This document shows positions 51,651-64,000 of a stretch of DNA of 64,000 nucleotides, piece after piece. Source of the DNA: Eimeria praecox (Eukaryota); the NCBI GenBank assembly GCA_963920595.1, contig OY986948.1, positions 2,666,001 to 2,730,000 on the forward strand, read 5' to 3'. Every line of letters begins with the position of its first letter. Position 1 is the stretch's first letter. A program made the translations under genes and the position numbers. Below the pieces are notes generated by a model, which was not told the origin of the DNA, searched no databases, and saw nothing but the letters and a program-made list of their open reading frames with translations.

Positions 51651-52913
51651 AAATATATAAATTAGCTGAAAACAGAAAAAAAATCGAGCAGAAAGATATA
51701 ATATAATGTCATGTGTGCTGCTGCTGCTGCTGCTGCTGTTTGTTGCTGCTGCTGCTGTTTGCTGCTGCTGCTGCTGTTTGGTGCTGCTGCTGCTGCTGTT
51801 TGCTGCTGCTGCTGTTTGCTGCTGCTGCTGTTTGCTGCTGCTGCTGTTTGCTGCTGCTGCTGTTTGCTGCTGCTGCTGTTTGCTGCTGCTGCTGCTGCTG
51901 TTTGCTGCTGCTGCTGTTTGCTGCTGCTGCTGCTGCTGCTGCTGTGTGTTCTTCCTCTTCTGCTGCTGGTGATGGTGCTTGCTGCTGCTGGTGTTGTTTG
52001 CTGCTGCTGCTGCTGCTGCCTTAATAGACAGATACCCCGCTAGACAGCCCAAACCCTAAACCCTAAACCCTAAACCCTAAACCCTAAACCCTAAACCCTA
52101 AACCCTAGGCTCACAGTAATAATTTGGCTTTGTGTAGAAGCGATTTGATTTAAAGAAGAATTAATTAATGTTTTCACCTCCACTCGAACCTTCTTCGACT
52201 CCGCCTCATTCATACCCTAAACCCAAACCCTAAACCCTAAACCCTAAACCCTAAACCCTAAACCCTAAACCCTAAACCCTAAACCCTAAACCCTAACCCC
52301 TAAACCCTAAATTAATTAATACAAGGTTTCAAAGGTGAGGAGCAGACACCACAGCAGCGGCATCTGTCCCTGTAGTCTACGAAACACCCTCAGCCGCAGC
52401 TAACAGCAGCAGCAGACAGCAGCAGCAGACAGCAGCAGCAGCAGCAAACAACTTACATTGAATATAGGATTTGGAGGCTGACTCGCCTCTTCCTGTCTAT
52501 ACACCCCAATTATCTTCAAAGCCTCCTCAACAAAAGGATTGCTGTCAGCTGGCGGTAGCGTCCTTCCTACTACTGCTGCTGCAGCAGGTGCTGCTGCTGC
52601 AGCAGGTGCAGCAGCAGCAGGTGCTGCAGCAGCAGGTGCTGCTGCAGCAGCAGGTGCTGCAGCAGGTGCTGCAGCAGCAACACAGCAACAGCAGCAGCAC
52701 AGACACTCACCGCCTTACTCACAAAACAAAAGACTATCGCGAGTTCTTAGGAGAAGCAGCAGCAGCACCGGCAGCAGCAGCAACAGCAACAGCAGCAGCA
52801 ACAGCAGCAGCAGCAAATGCAGCAGCTTCCTCTGTCTCGTCTAGCCCCTACCTCCACTGTCTGCCATTTGCTGCTGTTGCTGTTGCTGCTGCTGCTGCTG
52901 TTGCTGTTGTTGC

Positions 52914-52945
<32 letters not shown>

Positions 52946-53124
52946 TTGCTGCTGTTGCTGCAGCAGCTGTTGCTGCTGCTGCTGCCGCTGCTGCTCTTCT
53001 AGTTCTTTTTGTTTCTTCAGTTTTTCTGCTTCTTCTTTCTCTCTTCTCTCTTTCTCTTGCTGCTGTCTCCTCTTCTCTTCCTCGAGGCGCTGCTGCTGCA
53101 GCAAAGCCTGGCGTCTTGCTGCCT

Positions 53125-53169
<45 letters not shown>

Positions 53170-53828
53170 TGGGCATGCAGCGCGCAGACTAATAACAGCA
53201 GCAAATGTACGAAGCCCTTATGCAGCAGCTCTAGCAACAGCAGCACGAAAGACATATCCGCAGCAACAGCAGCAGCAGCCACACCAACAGCAGCAGCAAA
53301 AGCAGCAGCAACAGCAGCAGCAGCAGCAGCAGGAGACGGACCTCTTCTTTCTCTTTTCGTTCTCGCTCTGCCTGCTGCCTGAGCGCCTCCAACCTCTCAG
53401 CTTCCAACCGCTGCTCTGCGCGCAGCAGCAACAGCAGCAGCAGCAGCAACAGCAGCAACAGCAGCAGCAGCAGCAGCAACACCAGTAGCAGCAGGAAGGC
53501 ATAAGAAACAGACCACACCCACCACATACAGAAGGAGTGCTACTGTTGATGCCTGCGGTGCTGCTGCTGCTGGTGGTGTTGCTGCTGCTGGTGTTGCTAC
53601 TGGTGTTGCTGCTGCTGCTGCTAGTGTTGCTGCTGCTGCTGCTGCTGGTGTTGCTGCTGCTGGTGTTGCTGCTGGTGTTGCTGCTGCTGGTGTTGCTGCT
53701 GGTGTTGCTGCTGCTGCTGCTGCTGACGCACCTTCTTGCTCCTCGAGCTGCTGCTGCTGCAGCAGCGCGTTTCTAGCCTTCTCTGTCTCCTCTACTAACT
53801 GTTTAAACGGGGAGGAGCCCTTCCTACT

Positions 53829-53861
<33 letters not shown>

Positions 53862-53947
53862 TGTTGCTGCTGCTGCTGTTGCTGCTGCTGTTGTCGCCTT
53901 CGATGGCTTTAAAACTGTGTCTACAGTGCTGCTGCTGATGCTGCTGT

Positions 53948-53979
<32 letters not shown>

Positions 53980-54131
53980 GATTCGAAGAAGGGGGCCCAC
54001 GCTGCAACGGACGTCAGCAGCATTTCCTGCTGTGCGTCAGCTGTACAGACAGCAGCAGCAGCAGCAGCTGCTGCTGCTGCTGCTGCGTCTGCTGCGGCTC
54101 CTGGTGTCCCCGCTGCTTCTCCTTCTGCTGC

Positions 54132-54187
<56 letters not shown>

Positions 54188-54268
54188 TTGGTGTACATAC
54201 ACCTGAAATTCTCTCTGGCTCAAACACTCTCATGTCAAGACGAAAGAGGCGCTTGGGATTAGCTCTAA

Positions 54269-54309
<41 letters not shown>

Positions 54310-54401
54310 TCTTCTTCTGCTGCTGCTGCTGCTGCTCTTTCTTGTGTTGCTGCTGCTGCTCCCTTCTGTACTAATGCCCTGCTGGCTGCCTCCGCCTTAG
54401 A

Positions 54402-54432
<31 letters not shown>

Positions 54433-54756
54433 GGAGCAGCAGCTGGCAGTGATGCAGCAGCAGCACCTGCCTTTCGCGCCTCAGCAGCAGCAACAGTTTG
54501 CAGCAGCACACGCATACAAGTGCTGTTGCTGCTGCTGTATCCTGCAGCAGAAGCTGCAGCAGCAGCAGCAGCAGCAGCACGCGATCGCATTCTCCCAAAG
54601 AGTGTCCACGACTGCTGCTGCTGCTGCTGCTGCTGCCGCTGCTGCTGCCGCTGCTGCTGCTGCTGCTGCTGGTTTTGCTGCTCCAAAGAATAAGAACAAG
54701 CAGCAGCAGCGGGCGGCTTCCCCTGCAGCGTCGTTGCTGCAGCAGCAGCAGCAGGA

Positions 54757-54791
<35 letters not shown>

Positions 54792-54871
54792 CTCCTGCTG
54801 TTTGTTGTAGAGAGCAGAAGGAAGCAAAGCAATATCAGCAAGCAGCTGCAGCAGTGGATGGTAGAGTCTGC

Positions 54872-54902
<31 letters not shown>

Positions 54903-55317
54903 CTGTTCGTTTTGCTGCTTGAGGTGTTGGTGTGGCTCTGCTTCTTGTTTGGGCTGCTGCTGCTGCTGCTGCTCCTGCTGCTGTTGCTGCTGCTTCTCCT
55001 GCTGCTGTTGCTGCTGCTGCTGCTCGTCTAGAAGGGGAGCTGGCAGCAAGCTACGTGCGGCTCTATCACCTGCAGCAGCAGCAGCAGCAGCAGCAGCAAG
55101 AGAGGGCTTCTCAGTTTCTTTTGCTGCTGCTGCTGCAGCAGATCCGGCCATTGCCTGAATATCAGAAGCAGCAGCAGCAGCAGCATTTGCTGCTGCAGGG
55201 CCGGCTGCTGCTGCTGCTGCTGCTATGTCTGCTGCTGCTGCTGCTGTTGCTGCTGCTGTTGCTGCTGTTGCTGCAGAGGAAGCAGCAGCAGCGAAGTCAT
55301 CTGTTGCTGCATGTTTG

Positions 55318-55350
<33 letters not shown>

Positions 55351-55570
55351 TCTGCTGCTGCAGCATTGGAAGCTGTTGCTGCAGGGCTTGCGGCTGCTGC
55401 TGCTGCTTCTGTGTTTGCTGCTGCTGCTGCTGCTGCAGCAGCAGGTTCTGCTGCTTCCGGTGCAGCGGCTCCATCTGCCGTAGCTGCTGCTAATTCTGTT
55501 GTTGCTGCTGCAGCTTCTGCTGCTGCGGTTTCTGTTGCTGCGGGTTGTGCTGCTGCCGCTTCTGCTGCTT

Positions 55571-55601
<31 letters not shown>

Positions 55602-57271
55602 TGCTGTGTCTGCTGCTTTTGCTGCTGGTGCTTGTGCTGCTGCAGGTTCTAGTGCTGCAGCTTCTGCTGCTGCTGCTGCAGCAGTTCCTGCTGCTGGCGT
55701 TGCTCCTGTTGCTGTTGCTGCTGCTGCAGCTTCTGCTGCTGCAGCTTCTGCTGCTGCAGCTTCTGCTGCTGCAGCTTCTGCTGCTGCAGCTTCTGCTGCT
55801 GCAGCTTCTGCTGCTGCAGCTTCTGCTGCTGCAGCTTCTGCTGCTGCAGCTTCTGCTGCTGCAGCCTCTGCTGCTGCTGCTTCTGCTGCTGCAGCTTCTG
55901 CTGCTGCTGCTTCTGCTGCTGCTGCTTCTGCTGCTGCAGCTTTCGCTGCTGCAGCTTGTGCTGCTGCAGCTTCTGCTGCTGCAGCTTGTGCTGCTGCTGC
56001 TTCTGCTGCTGCAGCTTTCGCTGCTGCAGCTTCTGCTGCTGCAGCTTCTGCTGCTGCAGCTTCTGCTGCTGCAGCTTCTGCTGCTGCAGCTTCTGCTGCT
56101 GCAGCTTCTGCTGCTGCAGCTTCTGCTGCTGCAGCTTCTGCTGCTGCAGCTTCTGCTGCTGCAGCTTCTGCTGCTGCAGCTTCTGCTGCTGCAGCTTCTG
56201 CTGCTGCAGCTTCTGCTGCTGCAGCTTCTGCTGCTGCAGCTTCTGCTGCTGCAGCTTCTGCTGCTGCAGCTTCTGCTGCTGCAGCTTCTGCTGCTGCAGC
56301 TTCTGCTGCTGCAGCTTCTGCTGCTGCTGCTTCTGCTGCTGCAGCTTCTGCTGCTGCTGCTTCTGCTGCTGCAGCTTCTGCTGCTGCTGCTTCTGCTGCT
56401 GCTGCTTCTGCTGCAGCTTCGGTTTCTGCCGCTGCTGCTGCAGTTTCTGCTGCAGCAGCTACTGCTGCTGCGGCTTCTGCTGCGCCTTCAGCTTTTGCTT
56501 GTGCTGCTGCAGCTTCTGCTGCTGCAGCAGCAGCAGCAGCAGCTTCTGCTGCTGCAGCTTGTGCTGCTGCAACTTCTGCTGCTGCTGCTTCCGTTGCTTC
56601 TGCTTTTCTTGTTGCTGCTTCTGCTGCTTCAGCTTCTGCTGCTGTAGCTTGTGCTGCTGCAGCCTCTGCTGCTGCAGCCTCCGTTGCTGCAGCTGTTGCT
56701 GCTGCTGCCACTGCTGCTGCTGCTTCTGCTGCTGCAGCTTCTGCTGCTGCAGCTGCTGCGGCTGCTGCCTCTGCTGCTGCTGATTCTTTGCTTGCTGCTT
56801 CTGTTGCTGCAGCTTCTGCTGCTTCTGCTTCTGCTGCTGCAGCATTTGCTGCTGCAGCATCTGCTGCTGCAGCTTCTGCTGCTGTAGCTTGTGCTGCTGC
56901 TGCTGCTGCTGCTGCAGCTTCGGCTTCTGCAGCTTTTGCTGCTACAGCTTCAGCTTCTGCTGCTGCAGCCTCTGCTGCTGCAGCTTCCGATTCTGCTGCT
57001 GCGGCTGCATCTGCTGCTTCTGCCGCTGCGGCATCGGCTGCCCGTGCTGCTGCTGCTGCTTCTGCTGCTGCTGCTTCTGCTGCTGCTGCTTCTGCTTCTG
57101 CTGCTTCTGCTGCTGCTGCTTCTGCTGCTGCTGCTTCTGCTGCTGTAGCTTGTGATGCTGCTGCTGCTGCTGCTTCTGCTTCTGCTGCTTCTGCTGCTTC
57201 TGCTGCTGCTGCTTCTGCTGCTGCTGCTGCTGCTGGTTCTGCTGCTGCTGCTTCCGGTGCTGCTGCTGCTT

Positions 57272-57302
<31 letters not shown>

Positions 57303-58087
57303 TTCTGCTGCTGAAACGCCTGCCCTTGGAGTTTGTGCTGCTTCTGGCTCCGCTGCTGCTGCTTCTGCTGCTGCTGCTTCAGCTGCTACAGCTCCTGCTG
57401 CTGCTTCTGCTGCTGCTGCTGCTGCTTCTGTTGCTGCTGCTTCTGCTGCTGTTGCTTCCGTTGATAGAGTTTGCCTTGCTGCAGCTTTTGCTGCTTCTTC
57501 TGTTTGCGCTGATTCAGGTGTATCTGCAGCACCTTCTGCTGCTGCTGGTGCTGCTGCTGCTGCTGTTATTGCTGCTGCTGCTGCACTGTCTTCTTTTGCT
57601 GCTGCTGCTGCTGCTGCTGCTGTATCCTCTGTTGCTGCACTTGCAGATGAGGCGCCTTCTGCTGCTGCTGCTGCAGCTGCTGCATCTGCTGCTGCATCTG
57701 CTGCTGCAGCTGCTGCATCTGCTGCTGCAGTTGCTGTTGCTGCTGCTGTTGCTGCTTCTTCTGCTGCTGTTGTTGCTGCTGCCGCCGCTGTTTCTTTTGG
57801 CTCTGGAGGTACATGTGCTGCTGCGATATCTGCTGCTGCTGCTACTGCTGCTGCTGCTGCTGCTGCTGCTGGCGCTGCTGCTGCTGCTGCTGCTGCTGTC
57901 TTCTGCATCTCTGCTGCTTCGGCGTCTTCATCGGCTGCTTCTGTCGAACCCTCTACTTCCTTTGCTGCTGCTGCTGTTGCTGCTGCTGCTGTTGCTGCTG
58001 CTGCTGTTGCTGCTGCTGCTGTTGCTGCTGCTGTTGTTGCTGCTGTCGCTGCTGTCGAGGTTTTTACAGCCGATGCATCGTGGCAGC

Positions 58088-58128
<41 letters not shown>

Positions 58129-58457
58129 CTGCTTCTGTCGCTGCTGTTGCTTCTGTTGCTGGCGCTGCTTCTGTTGCTGCAGCTTCTGCTTCTGCTGCTG
58201 CTGCGGCTGCTGCTGCTGCTGCTGCTGCTGCTGTGTTCAGCAGCTGCTGTGTTTGCTGCTGCTGCGTTGACATTGTTATTGCTTCCTTCATACGTGCTGC
58301 TGCTGTCAGCAGCACAAGTTGCTTCGTGTCTGCTGCTACTGTTGCTGCTGCTGTTGCTGCTGCTGTTGCTGCTGCTGTTGCTGCTGCTGTTGCTGCTGCG
58401 GTCGCTGTCTTCGCCGCTGCTGCAGCCGCTGCTGCTGCTGTCGTTAGATCTGATCAT
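48660..58457 (-). CDS. GLE1: GLE1-like mRNA export factor with very long Ala/Glu-rich N-terminal exon (5' end uncertain)
   Basis: C-terminal exons: KKVRVEVKTLINSSLNQIASTQSQI / QLSVRPSSVWAYSYLI / FKAAVFSACSYAVP / GESEASFAERMASILRLWIAY / VWRWGARFVN..LLEYFRTAGYSAGRRFGCQFIKIV..PIPEGR, which follows the GLE1 domain pattern. These are preceded by coiled-coil exons (EQRLEAERLEALRQQAERERKEKEE) that splice in phase to the large ORF at a donor at 53732/53731. One small internal exon near 50.6 kb was not resolved. Confidence 0.75.
55726..56420. repeat. 15-bp coding minisatellite (GCAGCTTCTGCTGCT)n encoding (EAAAA)n on the minus strand
   Basis: About 45 units, nearly perfect at 56026-56325. Confidence 0.95.
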
Positions 58458-58874
58458 GTTGCTGCTGCTGCAGAGCCTGCTGCTGCTGCTGCTGCCGGTG
58501 CTGCTGCTGCTGCTGCTGCCGCCAGTTCTGCTGCTGCTGCTGCTGTCTGTGCTGCAGTTGCTGGAGCTGCTGCTCCTCAAAGCGTTGCTGCTGCTACTTC
58601 CTTAGTTGCTGCTGCTGCTGCTGCTGCAGACAAGGTCAGGAGGCCTGCTGCTGTTGCTGCTGCTGTTGCTGCTGCTGTTGCTGCTGTTGCTGCTGCTGTT
58701 GCTGCTGCTGTTGCTGCTGCTGCTGATGTCTGAGTGTAGTTTCAAATACCTACACGCCACGTACACTCAAGCTGTGCTGCTGCAGCAGCAGCAGCAACAC
58801 AGCAGCAGATACAGCAGCAGCAACAGCAGCAGCAGCAGCAGCAATCGAGTTGTGTTTGTGTACTGTTATCACAT

Positions 58875-58915
<41 letters not shown>

Positions 58916-59230
58916 GCCACTGCGGCTGCTATTCTTGCTGCTGCATCTATGTTGCAGCAATTTAAACTGTTTTTTCTTTTTTAAATAATAAAAATTAAAA
59001 TTAATTAATTAATTAATTAATTAATTAATAATAATTGTCTTGCTGCTGCTGCATGCATGCGGGGCTTCCTGCTGCGGCGCTGCCAGCGTAGCCGCCGCAG
59101 CCCCAAACTCTGCGGCAGAAACACAATAAAAAATCTAAATTAGATTATAAAAACAATAATAAAATATAATAATTAAAATTTAATATTATTTAATACAACA
59201 ATAGCGACAGATAGATGCTGCTGATGCTGC

Positions 59231-59286
<56 letters not shown>

Positions 59287-60229
59287 AATCGACTGTTTGC
59301 TGTAATGTGGGGAAATATTTGAGATTTAGATTCGATACACCCCGATATAAATCGCTTCTATACGCTGCTGCTGCTGCTGCAGTTGTTGCTGCTGCTGCTG
59401 CTGCAGGTGTTGCTGCTGCTGCTGCTGCAGGTGTTGCTGCTGCTGCTGCTGCAGGTGTTGCTGCTGCTGCTGCAGTTATTCTCGTTGCTGCTGCTGCTGC
59501 AGTTGTTGTTGCTGCTGCTGCTGCAGTTGTTGTTGCTGTTGCTGCTGCAGATGTTGCTGGTGCTGCAGTTGTTGTTGCTGCTGCTGCAGTTGTTGCTGCT
59601 GCTGCAGCGTAAGGGTTTGTAAGCATGAGGTGGCTGTACACCTGAAGGGAGTGAGACAGCAGCATACATCTTAAATGTATCTCTGCTGCAGCTATTCTTC
59701 TGTCTCTGTCTCTGTCTCTCTCTTCCTCTGTCTGTGTTCTCCTGTCTCCCTACACTCTATAACTACTCCTAAAGACCTGTTCGTGTACGCTGCTGCTGCT
59801 GCAGCAGCAGCAGCAGAAACTGCTGCTGCTGCTGCTGCTGCTGGCACATGCAGACACAGGGCGGCTCCTGCCAAATTACAGCAGCAGCAACAGCAGCAGC
59901 AGCAGAACCTGCTGGTGCTGCTGCTGTTTGCTGTATATTGTTGGTTGTGTTGATAGAGATAATGAGTCTGCCGTCGCTGACATTGCTGCTGCTGCTGCTG
60001 CAGCAGCAGCAGGAGTAGCTGCAGCAGCAGCAGTTGCTGCTGCAGCAGCAGTTGCTGCAGCAGCAGCAGTTGCTGCAGCAGCAACAGCAGCAGGATCATA
60101 ACAAAGCCATCAGGGATATCGAGAAGTGTACGTACACCCCAAATCATTGCGTGTATATCAGGAGGCCCCTCCTGTTGCTGCTGCTGTTGCTGCTGCTGTT
60201 GCTGCTGCTGCTGTTGCTGCTGCTGTTGT

Positions 60230-60285
60230 TTACAGAGCCATGCACTGCTGCTTCCTCCGGTGCTGCCGCCTACTCCTACTACTGC

Positions 60286-60325
<40 letters not shown>

Positions 60326-60501
60326 TTTAATATTTTTAATTCTAATAATATTAAGGAAGGCCTTCGTTATGTTGGAGGGCAGTTCTTCTGGTTTTCTGCT
60401 GCTGCAGCAGATGAGGGGGACGATGCCGGGGTGTACGTACACCTGAAGTAGAACCTCTAGCATCTGTGCTAGATCTAATTGTATTCTAATTCTACCATCG
60501 C

Positions 60502-60549
<48 letters not shown>

Positions 60550-60810
60550 TTCCTATAATATCATCTATCTGTAGAAGACATACAGCAGCACCTGCAGCAG
60601 CAGCACGCGAAAACAGCAGCAGCAGCTGCTGCTGCGATCGCCCCACAGCAGCATCAATTATATCTGCTGCAGCAGCACAAAAACAATTTAATTCTGCTGC
60701 TGCTATCTGTCTTACTGCAGCAGACAATAAATATTTTTCGAGTGTGTCTTCACCTACTATCAAAACACACAGAGGCCGGCAGCCTCTATGCCACTGCCAG
60801 CAGCAAATGC

Positions 60811-60842
<32 letters not shown>

Positions 60843-60843
60843 T

Positions 60844-60875
<32 letters not shown>

Positions 60876-61041
60876 CTGTTGTTGTTGTTGCTGCTGCTGT
60901 TGTTGTTGTTGCTGATGTGGTTGCTGTTGTTGTTGCTGCTGCTGCTATTGCTGGGGTTGTTGCTGTTGTTGCTGCTGCTGCTGCTGGGGTCAAGGAGGAA
61001 GCTGTGGCTGCTGCTGCGGCTGATGCAGCTATTACCGTCAT

Positions 61042-61086
<45 letters not shown>

Positions 61087-61203
61087 TGCAGCAGGAACGG
61101 CAGCAGCACCGCAGCCGCAGGCGAGGAAGCGAACACGCACCCATCAGCTCCTTACTAAAAGCAGAGCAGCAATTGCTGCTGCTGCTGCTGCTGCAGTAGC
61201 TGC

Positions 61204-61261
<58 letters not shown>

Positions 61262-61335
61262 AGTTAAATGTCTAGCAAGTGCAGCATCAGTTAGTGTATT
61301 GATGGCTCCATAGAAAGCATCAAGCCCTCCACCCA

Positions 61336-61371
<36 letters not shown>

Positions 61372-61398
61372 CCTGTGTTGTCTGCTGCGGCAGCAGCA

Positions 61399-61435
<37 letters not shown>

Positions 61436-61540
61436 CAGGACACGTAGCTGCTGCAGCGAGGGAGACTGCAGTTCTTTAAAGAGAGGAAGCAAAGCCTTAG
61501 GAGGGCCCCAGCGCCACACAGCTATAACATAAACTGTTGC

Positions 61541-61578
<38 letters not shown>

Positions 61579-61618
61579 CAGCTTGAGCTGTACTAGCAGC
61601 AGCATAACTGTCTCCGGA

Positions 61619-61658
<40 letters not shown>

Positions 61659-61981
61659 GCAGCAGCACGAGATTTGATGTTGCGGCATCCTAGCAGCAAC
61701 GCCTTCAGCAGCTGCTGCTGCAGCGCCGCAAACCGTTTGCTGCTGCTGCTGCTGCTGCTGCTGCTGTCTTCTTCACTATCGCTGCTGTCGCTGTGTTGAT
61801 GTCTACTATGAGAAGCAGCAATAGCAGCAGCAGCAGCAGCAGCAGCATTCCCATGTTGCTGCTGCTGCTGCTGCTGCAGCAACTGCTGCTGCTGCTGCTC
61901 TGAGGCAGGAAGAACGCCAAACCATGCGTCCGGGTGTATGAGCAGCAGCACTTTGACGCGGGCCCCCCTCCTTTGATCTGC

Positions 61982-62025
<44 letters not shown>

Positions 62026-62247
62026 TTGTTGCTGCTGCTGGTGATGGTGGTGGTGGTGCTGCTGCTTCAGCAGCACCTGCTGCTTTGAATGCAGCTAGAT
62101 GCTGCTGCAGCAACGGGCTCCAGCCTCTGCCTCCTCCCCACAAATCTGAAGAAGATATGAGGTGTATATACACCTCAGAATTAGATATTTGCTGCTGCAG
62201 CTCTTTCTTTATTATGCAGCCATCGCTACCTAACGTCCAGTAGCTGC

Positions 62248-62303
<56 letters not shown>

Positions 62304-62401
62304 GGGTTGTTAGTGCTGTTGCTGATTTGTCGCGAGGGTACGGCACAAGTGTGCTTCTGTTGCAGCAGCAGATTCTGCTGCTGCTGCGTCTCCTGTTGTT
62401 G

Positions 62402-62438
<37 letters not shown>

Positions 62439-62587
62439 GGCTGCTGCTGCTGCTGCAGCTGCAGCTGCAGCAGCAGCTGCTGAATGAGGTGTGTAGATAC
62501 ACCCGGATCGCGAGGGCAGCACTTGAGGGAGAAGAAGAAGCAGCAGCTGCTGCAGCCGCCAGCTCTCCCCATGCAGCAGCAGCAGCA

Positions 62588-62622
<35 letters not shown>

Positions 62623-62704
62623 ATGCAGCCTCACGTCGGATCTGCTGCAGCAGCTGCTGCAGTGTCTGAGGAAGCAAATTTGATTCAGGAGAAATTCGCT
62701 CCAT
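60230..62704 (-). CDS. Degenerate AAA+ ATPase-like protein (CDC48/AFG2/PEX1-6-like fold); 3' end may extend to ~59.7 kb
   Basis: LCVLIVGEDTLEKYLLSAAV..NCFCAAAADIIDAAVGRSQQQLLLLFSRAAAAGAAVCLLQIDDII..IVPLICCSSRKPEELP follows the classical AAA order (P-loop, VGESE pore loop, Walker B, sensor 1) but with degenerate catalytic residues. First ATG is at 62704. Confidence 0.55.
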
Positions 62705-62716
62705 TCTTAAGAAGGC

Positions 62717-62765
<49 letters not shown>

Positions 62766-62777
62766 ACCAAGCAGAAG

Positions 62778-62815
<38 letters not shown>

Positions 62816-63431
62816 CGTCTTCTGTGTTTAATTTAACTTCAGAAGAATAAATTTAAATATTTAATTAGTTAAAAATAAAAAAAGAAGAAGATGAACGCAG
62901 GATATCATCGTAGGGGCCCCCCTGAGGGGCCCCCCCCTAAACCCTAAACCCTAAACCCTAAACCCTAAACCCTAAACCCTAACCCCTAAACCCTAGATAA
63001 ACCCTAGATAAACCCTAGATAAACCTCACCTAAACATTAAATTAATTCTATATAAACTTAAAATAAACCCTAAATAAACAGTTGATTCTATACAAACACT
63101 CTATGTAAACCCTAAACCCTAAACCCTAAACCCTAAACCCTAGATTACCTCTCTGTTCTAAACCCTAAACCCTAAACCCTAACCTCAGTGTGAGTCTTCT
63201 CTTCACCTTATAAACCCTCGGCCTTCTCCTGTGTTTATATATTTGGGGGTTTAGGGTTTAGGGTTTAGGAGCAATCACGCAAACCCTAACCCCCCCCCCT
63301 CATCACCTAGGGTTTAGGGTTTGGAGAGGCTTCGGTGTTGTTTGTTTCTGTATATACACCTCAAACAAAGAGAGTAGCAGCAGCTGCTGCTGCTGCTGCT
63401 ACTTACCTGCTGCTGCTGCTGCTGCTGGATG

Positions 63432-63475
<44 letters not shown>

Positions 63476-63565
63476 CGATTTTGTTTGTTTGTGTTTGTGT
63501 TTGTTTGTTGCTTTATTTGTCTCCTCCTTACTATTTAAAGTATCTCTTCTTTGTTTCTGTCTCTC

Positions 63566-63618
<53 letters not shown>

Positions 63619-64000
63619 TTTTATTATTTTCTCTGTCTTTCTCCTGCATATGCTGCAGTGTCTATACACTGTAAACTCAACGATAAAGCGAAAGGCTTGC
63701 TGCTGCTGCTGCTGCTGCTGCAGCAGCAGCAGCAGCAAGTGCTGCCGTTCTTAGAAGCGGAGGCAGCAGCAACAAATACATTGGAAGCTTCTGCAGCAGC
63801 AGCAGCAGCAGCAGGAACAGCACAATCTCCTGCTGCTGCAGCAGCAGCACACAAACACAATGTGCTGCTGTTGCTGCTGCTGCAGCAGCACACAATCACA
63901 ACATGCTGCTGCTGCTGCTGCTGCAGAACACAAGCACAACATGCTGCTGCTGCTGCTGCTGCTGCTGCAGCTGCAGAACACAAGCACAATGTGCTGCTGC

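Noticed and set aside
53397..53731. C-terminal tail of the 1727-aa ORF as coding
   Set aside because: Better explained as an intron after the G|GTGCGT donor that links in phase to the GLE1 coiled-coil exon.
55225..58605. 1126-aa plus-strand ORF (SAAAA)n
   Set aside because: Antisense shadow of the GCA/GAA-rich minus-strand exon; such codons produce no stops on the reverse strand.

Overview
Eukaryotic, intron-rich DNA with the hallmarks of an Eimeria (coccidian apicomplexan) repeat-rich segment: pervasive (CAG/CTG)n, interstitial telomere-like (TTTAGGG/CCCTAAA)n, (TA)n, (TAGC)n and TGCATGCA tracts. The species assignment is inference from this repeat content. Manual exon stitching supports genes for a mitochondrial adrenodoxin-type ferredoxin, a TPM/MOLO1-like membrane protein, a hypothetical multi-exon protein, a VPS9 Rab5-GEF, RNA polymerase subunit RPB6, an RBM25-like RRM+PWI splicing factor, RAD17, axonemal dynein light chain 1, a GLE1-like mRNA export factor with a very long (EAAAA)n N-terminal exon, a degenerate AAA+ protein and tRNA-Ser(UGA). 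The most interesting observations are: (i) telomeric arrays in opposite orientations at the two ends of several introns, and arrays that supply splice sites and stop codons; (ii) repeated fragments of an RRM exon in RBM25, one diverged almost only at synonymous sites; (iii) a dispersed 14-bp palindrome GGTGTAYRTACACC; (iv) the (EAAAA)n rod apparently fused to GLE1; (v) a diverged ~200-bp inverted repeat with LTR-like ends; (vi) a GC-AG intron; (vii) two apparent pseudo-ATPases. Most ORFs in the supplied track are microsatellite artefacts. All homology calls are from motif recognition by eye; no database search was run.
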